NCBI RefSeq assembly: GCF_009914755.1
Contig: NC_060926.1
DNA length: 64,000 bases
Source: the human T2T-CHM13v2.0 reference genome, Homo sapiens
Strand: one strand, 5' to 3'
The position numbers were made by a program, and so were the translations under genes. Each line of letters opens with the position of its first letter. Position 1 is the first letter of the stretch. This document shows, piece by piece, positions 43,330 through 56,939 of this stretch. Below the pieces are notes generated by a model that was not told where the DNA came from, made no database searches, and was given only the letters and a program-made list of their open reading frames with translations.

Positions 43330-43775
43330 GACAATGAAAGATGATCAATGGGACATGAGAAATAAAGGATGTGAGCCCTAGGATTACCTAAATCATTGCC
43401 TTAAGAGAGTTTCCAGACCATAGATCAGGATGTGTGTACTTATTGAGTTGAGGAGGTGAAGCCCTGTGTACTTTGAGTTGAGGAGGTGAAGCCCTGTGTA
43501 CTTCTTGAGTTAAGGAGGTGAAACTGATGCTTTGGGGAGAGCAAGGTGGTTAGAGTTCATTGGGTAGAGTGCTGAAAAGGAGAGAGCTGCACGCAAAGAA
43601 CCTTGAAGATCTGCAGAGACCTCTTCTAATATATAGCAAAGTACAGATCAGTGCGTGCATATGAGGAAATGTCCCAAAGCCAGGGATAAAACCATCTGAA
43701 AGGATTACAGCAAACAGTGCCTCATGCTCACGGGATCAGAAACAGTACTTACTCTTACTAGCTAGGCTGGACCAC
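43330..43775 (+). mobile_element. L1MC/MD-type 5' UTR fragment
   Basis: 'gatgtgagccctagga...ttgccttaagagagtttccagacca...gaagatctgcagag...aagtacagatcagtgcgtgcatatgaggaaa'. Confidence 0.55.
43433..43525. repeat. Minisatellite, about 3 copies of a 30-32-bp unit
   Basis: tgtgtactt(at/-/ct)tgagttgaggaggtgaagccc starting at 43433, 43465 and 43495. Confidence 0.9.
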
Positions 43776-44391
43776 AGAGAGAAAAAGAAAAATTTTAGAA
43801 TCTAAGAAAATAGAAGCTTTTCTAATAAAATATACATAATGAAAACTGGTTTCAGATGAGATAGCAAATCCAAATTCATCAATTATCATAAGAAATAGAC
43901 AAAGTTACCAAAGACAGAGGCAGAAAAAATACTACATTTAAATGATTTCACAAGAAAATTTTGTCAAACTTTTAAAAGCAAGTATCTTCAGTACTTAAAC
44001 TCTTCCAGAGCATTAAAAAAAAGAAATCTTGTAAATTCATTGCATGAATTTTGCATGACACTGATGCTAAAAATCTAGCAAAGATAATAAGAAAAAGAAA
44101 ACTGAAGAAATAACACTTATGAATGTTGATGAAAAATAAATAAAATATTGACAATTAAACTATCGAAAGAATAATATACCATTGATGAAGTACTTATTCT
44201 AGAAATGCGATAGTTAGTTCAATATTAGCAAAACTATTAAAGTAATGCCATACACTTATAGACAAAAGAGAAAAATTAAGTAATCACCTACATGGGGGTT
44301 AAAAATAAATTTTAAAATTTATTATATATTCTTAATTTTAATAAACCCTTAATAAAAATGAATAAAAATTTGAGAGATTCCCTCCCCCCAC

Positions 44392-44808
44392 TGTGTTACT
44401 TTCCTTTTGCTGTTGTAACAAATTATCACAAATCTCGTGGTTTAAAAAAACACAAATGCATTATCTTACAGTTCTGGAGGTCAGAACTCCAAAATGGGTG
44501 TTATGGGCTAAAATCAAGGTGTCAACAGGGCTGTGATCCCTTCGGTAGGCTCTAGGGTAGAGCTCATTTCCTGGCCTGTTTTCACTTCTGCCTCCCTCTG
44601 AGGACCCTCCTGCCTCCTTCTTACAAGGACCCTTGTGATAATATTATGCCCACCCAGCTAATCCAGGATGATCTCCTCATCTCAAAATCCTTAAAGTGAC
44701 CACACCTACAAAGTCCTTTTTACCACATACAGTGACATATTCACAAGACTTGGATATTAGGACATGGACATTTTCAGGCAGAGACAGGTCATTATTCAGC
44801 CTATGATA
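44392..44808 (-). mobile_element. MLT1C-like solo LTR (MaLR), internally deleted
   Basis: 'tgctgttgtaacaaattatcacaaa...tcttacagttctggaggtcagaa...gggctaaaatcaaggtgtca...aatccaggatgatctcctcatctcaaaatcc'. Confidence 0.8.
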
Positions 44809-44838
44809 TCAGGAAAAGCTGCATATATCCTTAGCGCG

Positions 44839-44881
<43 letters not shown>

Positions 44882-44900
44882 CACATAGCATATATATACA
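44839..44900. repeat. Compound (CT)n(AT)n microsatellite
   Basis: ctctctctct...ctatatatatatatatatacaca. Confidence 0.9.
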
Positions 44901-45689
44901 TATTTCTTTTATTTCCCCCAACCATAATCCAATGAAGTTAAACCAGATATATCATCATTATCTAACTCAATTTAAGAAGTGCTAATTAATACAATTAGAA
45001 AAAAATAAATACAAATAAAAAACCTTCTGAAAAGGAGAAAAACGACCAACATTTTAGGTTGTGTTTGCTTATCTGCAAAACTTAAGAAACTGAAAAATAT
45101 TAGTGTGATAAAAAGAAAATAATAAATTGACTGGATACAAAATTAATATTGCCATCATGTAAATAAATAACAACCAGCTGTGAGATAGTATAAAGTTAAT
45201 AACGTTAAATAATGTTAACATTAACAACGTCACCTAAAAGGTATACTTGGGAATGCATGTAGATAGAAATATGCCACAGCTGCAAGGTTGATACTTCAGA
45301 ACACTCTTGACAGACACAAAAGAAGACTTAAGCAAAGTCCATCATGTCCCAGGAGAGAAAGATTTACCATCATAAATATACTAATTTTTCCCTAATTTAT
45401 CAATAAATTAAATTAATCCATATTAACAGGTATTTTTTTCTTTAGTAAATCATACATTTATGAAAAACATACTTAAGTCAGATTTTTTTAGGGATATGTT
45501 TTATGAGTTCTCATTTAAGAGTCTCAACAACCTGGAGAGGAGATATTCTAAACAATATTTTATTTTAAACTAAATAACCTGATCATAAAATTTACTTGGA
45601 GAGCAAAATAAGCAATAATAACAAGAAATATTCTGAGATAAAAGAGAAATAAGTAGGCATTAAATTAACCAGATATTTTAAATACTTTA

Positions 45690-46050
<361 letters not shown>

Positions 46051-47125
46051 TTACACTAGAATATTCAGGAAGAAAATTTCTGATTCAAAATGATAATTCA
46101 GTATATAATCAATTTGTCATTTCACATCGCTAATTAATGAATGGCTTCTTTAATAAATGGCACTAGAACAATTAAAAATCAATCTGGAAAAAGTGAGTGG
46201 GATACATTCTTTATACCTTAAACTGAAATAAATCCCATAAATAATATGCATAATTATTTAAATTTATAAAATAAAACCACAAACATAATAGGAAAAAAAG
46301 CATGGATGATTGTTTATAATAATTTTGGAGTGGGGAAAGCCTTTCTAAGCATAACACAAATGCTAGAAACCATAACATAAAGGGATGATAATTGATCCAG
46401 TGGTGATGGGGTGGGTGGTAGGGTACCTCAGAGTAAAGATGGAACAATAGCAGCCATGAATTGTTGACTGCTGTAGATGGATAACAAGTATGTAAAAGTT
46501 TATTGTATATTTGTTTCTGCTCTTATGTTTTAAATTTGAATAACAGAAAGTTTTAAAAGGATGAAGAAGATGTTATATCCTATAAATGATTTCACCTAAA
46601 AGTACACTTTATTCTGTTGTGTCCAACAGATACAGCACATGACGCTTCTCATCAGGAAGACAGAATTTATGAGACCACACACTAGAGTAATAAAAGGAGA
46701 ATTACATGCCTGTATGGAATATCACTAGATATTAAGTTGTATAACGAGAAGTCAGTTGGGATTAAACTGTATATTTGGGGACACCAAGCTGAGATAATTA
46801 TACATTGTATGTGGCAATATGCAAGAAGTTATTTTAAGTGCAGAAAAAGAGTCTACTTTGTACTTGTCAATATAATCATATATATACTAATAAATCATTT
46901 TTGAAATAAAATGAGCTACAAAAAATTCAGAACATTTCTCATGGCAAAAAACAAAGTCAAAGGACAAATGGTAAACAAATAGGGAAATAAAGTAAGTACC
47001 ATCACAGGTTACCATGCAAAAGGTTCAAGATAAACACTGTATGCATCTTTTGGTGACCTGTTGGTAGATGGTCAGCAATTTCCATGAGTCCCTTTCTCTT
47101 AGCAACTGGAAGGATATATGCCTAG

Positions 47126-47496
<371 letters not shown>

Positions 47497-47846
47497 ACAG
47501 CTTTTTTAAGGAAAGCATGAGAACAACCCTGCAAGTCCAAGGAATGCAATCTGAGATTTAGTGCCAGCTGTGCAGCAGAGTTGTGTATCACTGCTGGATG
47601 TGCAAGCTGCTTCCATCTCTGAGTTATCTCATAGGAAATTGAGACTGAGCCCAACCTGTGCTGCTAAAAAGAGGGGGAGCCATTGGCTCATTACCAGGAA
47701 ACCAGGAGAGATCTGCCAGGGTTACCCAAAAATGTTCTCTTTCCACACAGAGTTGATTGCATAACATATAAAAAGTTCTTATAAATCAATTTAAAAAGAT
47801 AACACCGTATAAAATAGACGAAGTTTATGAACAGAAAGTTCATTAA

Positions 47847-48940
<1,094 letters not shown>

Positions 48941-51279
48941 AAAGGAAAAGTACAAATGGCTCTGAAATCTGTGTAAAATTATTCATTCCTAGTAATAATT
49001 ACACTGATGCTCACCTAAGGGAAAGAGAGGTGTGGAATTGGAGAGTGCTATATATGGAATTAAACTGTATCATTTATATTATACTTCTTTGGCCAGTGAT
49101 GGATACAAGATTCTTGTTGAATTATTCTTTATACTTTTCCTTATGGTTAAATATCTCATGATAACATTTTACACAGGAAAATATTACAATAGATACATCC
49201 TGTATGCTAGTTATACAGGATGTTCACTGCTATATTTTTTAACTAGGAAAATATTGAAAATTTCAAAATGTCTTTCTTAGAGTGTTGTTTAAATAAATTA
49301 TATTGCCTTCATTCAAAGGAATAATAGGCATTAACTTAAAAAGGATGTAGCAGTTTTTTAATAATAATGACTGATAAATAAATACAGAAGCATCAAAGAG
49401 AACCTTGCGTACAGAATGTTGTCATTCGTAAAACAAATAGAAAATATGTATATAAAAGTGTGTAGACACACACACACACCCCATCTTCTAGAACACCTAC
49501 AAGAAACTAACAATGATTGCCTCTTGGAGGGAAGTAAACAGTGGAAAGACAGGAAAAGGAAAATAGAAACATAGTTTTTAATGTACAGTCTTTTGAACAT
49601 TTTTAATTTTGTATCAATTGCATGTATTACCTATTCAGAAAGTAAATAAACTTTAATAAATAATAAATGAATGGAAGTATCATGAATACCCTATATGGCA
49701 TACTCTGAGGACATTAAGTATAATATTCTACAAATATTTATCAAATGCCTACTATGAGCCTACTGTCGTAGGCAGTAGGGACACAGCAGATCTTACCTTC
49801 AAGTAACTTACTTTCTAATGATGGTAATATTTCTAAATATGTCACCTTCTCTCCTCATTCCAAAGTCTTCAGTGGATCCCCAGTCCCGTAGTCTCAAACG
49901 TAATCATATCAGTTGCTTGGAGACCCCATGACCTCACACTCCTTCCTTTTCCTTTATTTACTTCCTTTGTCAGCCTTTGATCCAGGGAAACCTGATGACT
50001 TGCTGCTCCCATTGTCTACCCAGACTTTGCTCATCTCATTTCCTCCAATTGATACCTAATTTATTTCAAATCTTTTCCAAATGCTTTATGGCCTAGTTCA
50101 CAATCATGGCTTTTGTAAATACGGGCTTAACCGCTCTGAAAGTAAGCTTTTCTTTCTCTCCATTAGAAGTAGTTTAATTTCTTTTACTGCATGCTCTCTT
50201 TTTTTTATGTTTATAAAATTTATATGTGTTCATCCTCCTTGAGGATAGCTGTATCTATATCACAATTGATCAGCATGAAATCACCGGATCAATTAATACA
50301 TGACCAAAATAATGACTAAATAGCTGAATTAATTAATGAAAAATTATAATAAAAGATAATGGTATTAAGGCATATCCGCCAAGTAAAAATTAGCCTTCAG
50401 CTAATACATGGCACTATCCCAAGGAAAGCTGAATATCTAAGAAATGTGTTAAATCTGATTGAGCAAAGGAAGTACTCCAAAGAAAATGAGGTAGAAGCAG
50501 AAAGCTTCAAATAGTCTGCCTTCACCCGCCTCCTAACCCTGAGCAATGAAAGTTCTCATCATCTGTAATTTTTTAAGCCGCAGGATTGTGTCTGTCACTC
50601 TGGCCCATGCATTAATTTTATTTTTAGAAATAATGAAGTATAATCCTAGTACCTTTTCTAAACTAAATTAGCATGTTTATTACTTTTAAGTAACACCTTT
50701 GAGCCACACATTATGCATTTATTTCAGCTGGAATGCTAAGCATAATATTCCTTTTAAACCAAAACCTAAAATAACTCATATTTTAGAGTATTTGGCTTAC
50801 CATGTGGCATCTCAATTTGAGCTACCAAAGATCCTGTTAGATCCCATTGCCTCCTGCTTATAATAAATCATCAAATATCAGTACCTCCAGTGTTTCCTTG
50901 GCCTGAGATACAGTGTATTTTCTTGGTTGAAAGAGATTCAAGCTGGGAATTCTAGAATTGCTACACCCGTTTATGTTCCATATATTTCACAGTTACTCCC
51001 TGCGGCGTTTTCTTCTGTAGTGCTAACTGCATAAATCAGATTTATATTTGAAAATACAGTTGCTACACTGAAGAACCTATTATTTTAAACCTCTCTTTTT
51101 AAAGTAAGCGTGACCCTTATAACTCTTTTGGTGAATTCAAGAGTGCTAGCACAACTTTAGGGAAACTACAGAATTGAAAATCTGACTTTGCTTATCATCT
51201 AATCTTTTTCCTTCATGCTGCTGTCACTTTCTTAAAACCTTTCTCTCTCTCTTTCTCTAATTTGATTGATTGATAAAAT

Positions 51280-51601
51280 ACGCATAGAAAAAAAGAGCAT
51301 ACACACAATGAATGTCTCAAACTGCACTCACATAAATCAAGAAATAGTAACGAGTTTCTCAGAAGTCAACCTTGTACTTTCTTTCTGTCATTACTTTATC
51401 TCAAAGGTAATCTCTATTTTGGATTTTTAAAAAATCCATTACTGTTGCTTATTTCTGTTGAAATAAATTAAATAACGCAATAGGTTCTTGCTTATGTCTG
51501 ACTCATTTCAAGACTATTTGTCGGATTCTTCTTGTTGGGTGAGCTGTAGTTATTCATCCTAATTGTTGTAAAATATTCTACCAAATAAAATATATCACCA
51601 T
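51280..51601 (-). mobile_element. L1ME 3' fragment (left target flank; continues at about 54085-54545)
   Basis: Left and right flanks rejoin as 'aaatatatcaccat|ttatttttctattctactcttgatgagtatttg', an antisense L1ME 3' segment. Confidence 0.65.
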
Positions 51602-52127
51602 TGTATTAATCAGGGTTCCCTAGAGGGACAGGACTACTAGTATACACGTATATATGAAAGGGAGTTTATTAAGGAGTATTGACTCACACAAACACAAGAA
51701 GTCCTACAATAGGCCGTCTGCAAGCTGAGGAGCAAGGAAGCCAGTCTGAGTCCCAAGCCTCAAAAGTAGGGAAGCCGACAGTGCAATCTTTGGTCTGTGG
51801 CCAAGGGCCAGACAGCCCCTGGCAAACCACTGGTATAAGCCCAAGAGTCCAAAAGCTGAAGAACTTGGAGTCTGCTGTTCGAGGGCAGGAAGCACCCCAC
51901 ATAGGAGAAAGATGGAGGCCAGAAGACTTAGCCAGTCTAGTCCTTCCACGTTCCTCTGCCTGCTTTTATCCTGGCTGCACTGACAGCTGATTAGATGGTG
52001 TCCACCCAGACTGAGGGTGGTTCTCTGTCTCCCAGTTCACAGACTCCAATGTTAATATTCTTTGACGACACCCTCACAGACACAATCAAGTGTCCAATCA
52101 AGTTGACACTCAATATTAACCATCACA
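51602..52127 (-). mobile_element. MLT2A2-like LTR (HERV-L/ERVL), inverted
   Basis: TGTATTAATCAGGGTTC...AAGTTGACACTCAATATTAACCATCACA; 'gccgtctgcaagctgaggagcaaggaagccagtc' and 'aagctgaagaacttggagtc'; length fits A2 rather than A1. Confidence 0.9.
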
Positions 52128-53721
52128 AGTAAATTGGTACCTGGTAGGGGGTCACCACTATATAGATACCCAAAAATGTAAAAGCAACTTTGGAACTAGA
52201 TAACAGGCAGAGCCTGGAACAGTTTGGAGGGCTCAGATGACAGGAAGATGTGGGAAAGTTTGGAACATCCTAGAGACCTGTTGAGTGGCTTTGACCAAAA
52301 TGCTGATAGTGATGTGGACAATAAAGTCCAGGCCAAGGTGGTTTCAGATAGAAGTAAGAAAATTGTTGGGAGCTGGAGTAAATGTTACTCTTGCTATACA
52401 AAAAGACTGGCAACATTTTGCCCCTGCCCTAGAGATCTGTGGATGTTTGACCGTGAGATATATAATTTAGGGTATCTGGTGGAAGAAATTTCTAAGCAGC
52501 AAAGCATTCAAGAGGTGATACAGCATAAAAGGTTGAAAAACTTGCAGCCTAACAGTGCAGTAGAAAAGAAAAACCCATTTTCTGGAAAGAAATTCAAGCT
52601 GGCTGCAAAAATTTGCATAACTAAGCAGAAGCCAAATGCTAGTCACCAAGACAATGGGGACAATGTCTCCAGGGCATGTCAGAGACCTTCCCAGCAAGCC
52701 CCTCCCATCACAGGCCTAGAGGCCTAGGAGGAAAACATGGCTTCCTGGGCCAGGCCCAGTGTACTCCTGCTGTGTGCAGCCTAGGGACTTGGTACCTTGC
52801 ATCCAAACCATGGCTAAAAGGGGCCCATGTAGAGCTCAGGCAGTTGCTTCAGAGGGTGCAAGCCCCAAGCCTTGGTAGCTTACACTTGGTGTTGGGTCTG
52901 CAGGTGCACGGAAGTGAAGAATTGAGATTTGGGAAAATCTGCCTAGATTTGAAAAACTCTGCCAGTGCAGCTAGGATAAAAGCAGGCAGAGGAACCTAGG
53001 TTTTAGAGGGTGTATGGAAATGCCAGAGGATGTATGGTTGTCCAGGCAGAGGTGGACTGCAGATGTGCAGCCCTCATTGAGAACCTCTGCTAGGGCAGTG
53101 AGGAAGGGAAATGTGGGATATGAGTCCTTACACAGAGTCCCTACTGGGGCACTGCCTAATGGATCTGTGAGGAGAGGGTCACTGTCTGTCTTCTAGACCC
53201 TAGAATGGTAGAGCTGCCAACAGCTTACACCATGCACCTGAAAAAGCCACAGACACTCAATGCTATCCTGCGAAGGCACCCAGGAGGGAACTTGTACCCT
53301 GCCAAGCCACAGAAGTAGAGCTGCCCAAGGCTGTGGGAGCCCACCTCTTGCATCAGTGTGAACTGGATGTAAGACATGGAGTCAAAGAAGATCATTTTGG
53401 AACTTTAAGGATTAATGACTGCTCTGTTGGATTTCAGACTTACATGGGGCCTGTAGCCCTTTCGTTTTGGACAATGTCTTCCATTTGGAATGGATGTATT
53501 TACCCAATGCCTTTAGCCTCATTGTATTTAGGAAGTAACTAACTTGCATTTGATTTTACAGGCTCATAGGCAGAAGGGACTTGCCTTGTCTCAGATGAGA
53601 CGTTGGACTGTGGACTTTTGAGTTAATGCTGAAATGAGTTAAGACTTTCGGGGACTGTTGGGAAGGCATGATTGTGTTCTGAAATGTTAGAACATGAGAT
53701 TTGGGAGGAGCCAGGGCAGAA
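52128..53721 (+). mobile_element. THE1 internal region (MaLR)
   Basis: Starts at 'agtaaattggtacc'; ORF 52224-52727 MWESLEHPRDLLSGFDQNADSDVDNK; ends with purine tract 'gggaggagccagggcagaa'. Confidence 0.92.
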
Positions 53722-54084
53722 TGATATTGTTTGGCTGTGTTCCCACCCAAATCTCAAATTGTAGCTCGCATCATTTCTACGTGTTGTGGGAGGGACCTGG
53801 TGGGAGGTAACTGAATCATGAGGCCAAGTCTTTCTTGTGCTGTTCTCGTGATAGTGAATAAGTCTCAAGAGAGATGATGGTTTTATAAAGGGGAGTTCCC
53901 CTGCACATGCTCTCTTTCTTGCCTGCCACCATGAAAGACATGACTTTGCCCCTCCTTTGCCTTCCATCATGATTGTGAGGCCCCCCAAGCCATGTGGAAC
54001 TGTGAGTCAATTAAACCTCTTTTCTTTATAAATTACCCAATCTTGGGTATGTCTTTATTAGCAGTGTGGGAATGGAATAATACA
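53722..54084 (+). mobile_element. THE1B 3' LTR
   Basis: TGATATTG...TAATACA; 'tttataaaggggagttcccctgcaca' THE1B feature; followed by ACCAT. Confidence 0.92.
53808..53818 (+). promoter_or_regulatory. DUX4-type motif TAACTGAATCA in the THE1B LTR
   Basis: Matches TAAYYBAATCA; THE1 LTRs are established DUX4-bound elements; activity of this copy unknown. Confidence 0.4.
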
Positions 54085-54537
54085 ACCATTTATTTTTCTA
54101 TTCTACTCTTGATGAGTATTTGTCTCCAGTTTGAGACTAAGTGTGGCTATGAGCATTCTAGAAGATGTCTTTTGGTAAAATTTGTACAAATTTCTTGTTC
54201 ATGATGTATACTTATGTTTAGCTTGAGTAGGTGTAGCCAAACAGTTCTGTTAGCATCAGATTCCCACCAGCAATATCTAGAAGATTCAGTTACTCCAACT
54301 GTTTGCCGTCACTTGCCATTTTACATCTTTTTCATTTTAACCATTCTATTGAGTGTGTAGTAGCAAGCCAGTGTGATTTTTAACTTGCATTGTTATGCTG
54401 ACTAATGAAAGTAAGCACCTTTTCATTGGTTTATTGGTCATTTGGATACCATCTTTCATGGAGTATTCATTTTAGGTCTCTAGCCATTTTTAAAAATTAT
54501 GCTGTCAATCATTTTATTATTTATTTCTAGGGATTCT

Positions 54538-54670
54538 ATATATATATATTCCTAGAAATAAATATTTACAGTACACGTATTCAATAAAGAACTTACATGT
54601 TGTGTGTGTGTGTGTGTACACAAGTTTATATATATATAAAACATATAAGTTATATTATGCATATATGCAT
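54538..54670. repeat. (TA)n/(TG)n simple repeats
   Basis: tatatatata..., tgtgtgtgtgtgtgtg. Confidence 0.75.
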
Positions 54671-54677
54671 GACCATA

Positions 54678-56917
54678 GCTATGGACTGAATGCTTGTGTT
54701 CCTTCAAAATGTATATATTGAAACCCTAATTCCCAGTGTCATAGCAGTTGGAGGGGTGCCCTTTGGGGAGTAATTAGGGTTAGGTTAGGTCATGAGGATG
54801 GGATTCTCATGATGCAATTAATGCCCTTACAAAAGTGACACAGATATTTATCTTTCCACCATGTGAGCATACAAAAAGAAGATATCTACCTGCAAACCAC
54901 AAAGTAGGCCTTCACCAGAAATTAGATCTGCTGGTACCTTGATCTTGGACTCTCCAGCCTCCAGCACAGTGAGAAATAAATGTTTGTTGTTTAAGCCACC
55001 TGATCTATGGTATTTTTGTTATAGCAGCCTGAACTTCCTGAGAAAGAAATTGGTACTGAGAAGTGGGGTGCTGTTGTAGCATATACTTAAAAATGTGGAA
55101 GCAGTCTTAGAACTGGGTAATGGGTAGAATATGGGAGAGTTCTGAGGTACATGCAAGAAAAAGCTGTGGTTGCTGTGAGGATATTTTTTAAAGCAATTCT
55201 AATGAGAGGTCAGAAATAAAAGTTTAGAACTAGAGAGGAAGCCTTCAATTTCTTAGAGAATAATAAATAACCATAAACAGAATGTTGGTTGAAATGGGGA
55301 TGGTAACAGCCCTTCTCATCAGGTTTCACATGGAAATGAGAAACATGTTATTGCAAGCTGAAGGATATATGATCTTTTTTATCATAAAGTGGCAAATAAC
55401 TTGGTTTAATTGTGCTTGTGTTCCAGTGTTTTGAGGAAGGTAGAACTTGCAAGTGATAAAATTCGATATTTAGTTTAGGAGATTTCTAAGCAAAGTGTTG
55501 AAGAAGAAGCTTGGCTGCTGCTTATATAACATATGATAAGAGAGAAACAAATTGAGAAGAAATTGTTAAGCAAAAAAGGAAGCAGAATTTAAAGATTTGG
55601 AAAATTCTTAGCCTGTCCATATCATAAAAAATAGTTTTTAAAATGTTTTTTAAAGAGAAAACTAATGATGTTATGGCCCCTCCATCTGATTAGTATAGGT
55701 GTGTACCACAGACCTAATCAGATAAGATTAGTATAGGTGTGAACCACAGACCTAATCAGACACCCAGCTGAAATGCTGTAGTTTAAACCGAAGAGGTCAG
55801 ATATGGGACAGAATGAAAGCAGACTGATGGACTTGGATTTTATACGACAAGACCATAGACCTATTTGGCTGCTAATGTGTGCTATTTTTCAAGACATGGG
55901 AAGAATAACCCCCAAACCCCAAAGGTGATTCCAAGATCATTTATGTTGCTCTATTGGTTTCAAAAGGTGGGCCATTGCTTCACTTTTACCAAGCCAGAGG
56001 GCATTTATCAAAAGCCTTGAGGGTGGGGCCTCCTGAATCCTTGGTGATGGGGCCACTCAGCACCCTGTGAGCATCACCCCCACCCAGCAGAGCTACAGGG
56101 GCAAGACTGCCATCATAGTGGGTCCAGAAGTCAGAGCATCTGGCCAATAGGATCATTCTCAAGACAAGATTTTATGGAGTTTGTCTCACTAGGTTTTCTA
56201 CTTGCTTAGAACCCATCACTCCTTCCTGCTTTTCTATGCCTCCCTTTTGGCATGGGAATGTCTATTCTATGCCTTTTTCATCATTGTAATTTGGAAGAAT
56301 ATGACTTTTTTGGTTTTACATGTTCATAGATGGAGAGAAATTTTTCCTCGGGATGAACTGTATGTACCTGGAGTCTCACTCATATCTTATTAAAATGATA
56401 CTTAGGTGATACTTTGGATTTTAGACTTTAGATTTGATGTTGGAACAAATTAAGACTTCAAGGGCTGTTGCAATAGAATGAATGTGCTTTGTATAATGTA
56501 TGAGAAGGACATGAATTTTGAGAGCAGTGGCAAAATACTGTGAACTCAATTTTGATGTTTCCGCCCAAATTTGTATGTTGAAACACTAATCCCCAATGTG
56601 ATGATATTTAGAGGTAGGCCCCCTTTTGGAGTAATTAGAGTTAGATTAGGTCATGGGAGCCCTCATGATGAGATTAATATTCTTATTATTATTAATGCTC
56701 TTTTTACTAGGAAGAGATATTAAATCTTTCTCTTTCCCCCATATTAGAACACAAAGAGAAGACAGTCATCTACAAACCAGGAAGAGTGCCCTCACCTAGA
56801 TCTGCCAGGGCTTTGATCTTGGACTCCCAACTTCTATAAATGTTAGAATAAATGTTTGTTTCTTAAGCCACCCAGTGCATGGTATTTTTGTTATAGTAGC
56901 CCAAACTGACTGAGATA
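54678..56917 (+). mobile_element. Full-structure MLT1A-family MaLR (LTR about 54678-55044, internal, LTR about 56536-56917)
   Basis: Two related LTRs ('gtaattagggttaggttaggtcatg' / 'gtaattagagttagattaggtcatg', both with AATAAATGTTTG) around an internal region starting 'gaaattggtactgagaagtggggtgctg'. Confidence 0.85.
55688..55760. repeat. 35-bp direct duplication (1 mismatch) with internal inverted repeat
   Basis: gattagtataggtgtgWaccacagacctaatcaga at 55688-55722 and 55726-55760. Confidence 0.9.
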
Positions 56918-56939
56918 GCTTCTAAACATTGCCAGGTCA

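Noticed and set aside
43433-43525. CRISPR-like 30-35-bp repeats (also 55688-55760)
   Set aside because: No unique spacers, only 2-3 copies, no cas genes, primate context.
45210-45223. 14-bp palindrome taatgttaacatta
   Set aside because: Within AT-rich low-complexity sequence; can arise by chance in 64 kb.
52224-52727. 167-aa ORF with paralogues at 13617-14051 and about 60650-61000, suggesting a gene family
   Set aside because: It is the decayed MaLR/THE1 internal ORF; the copies are broken at different places.
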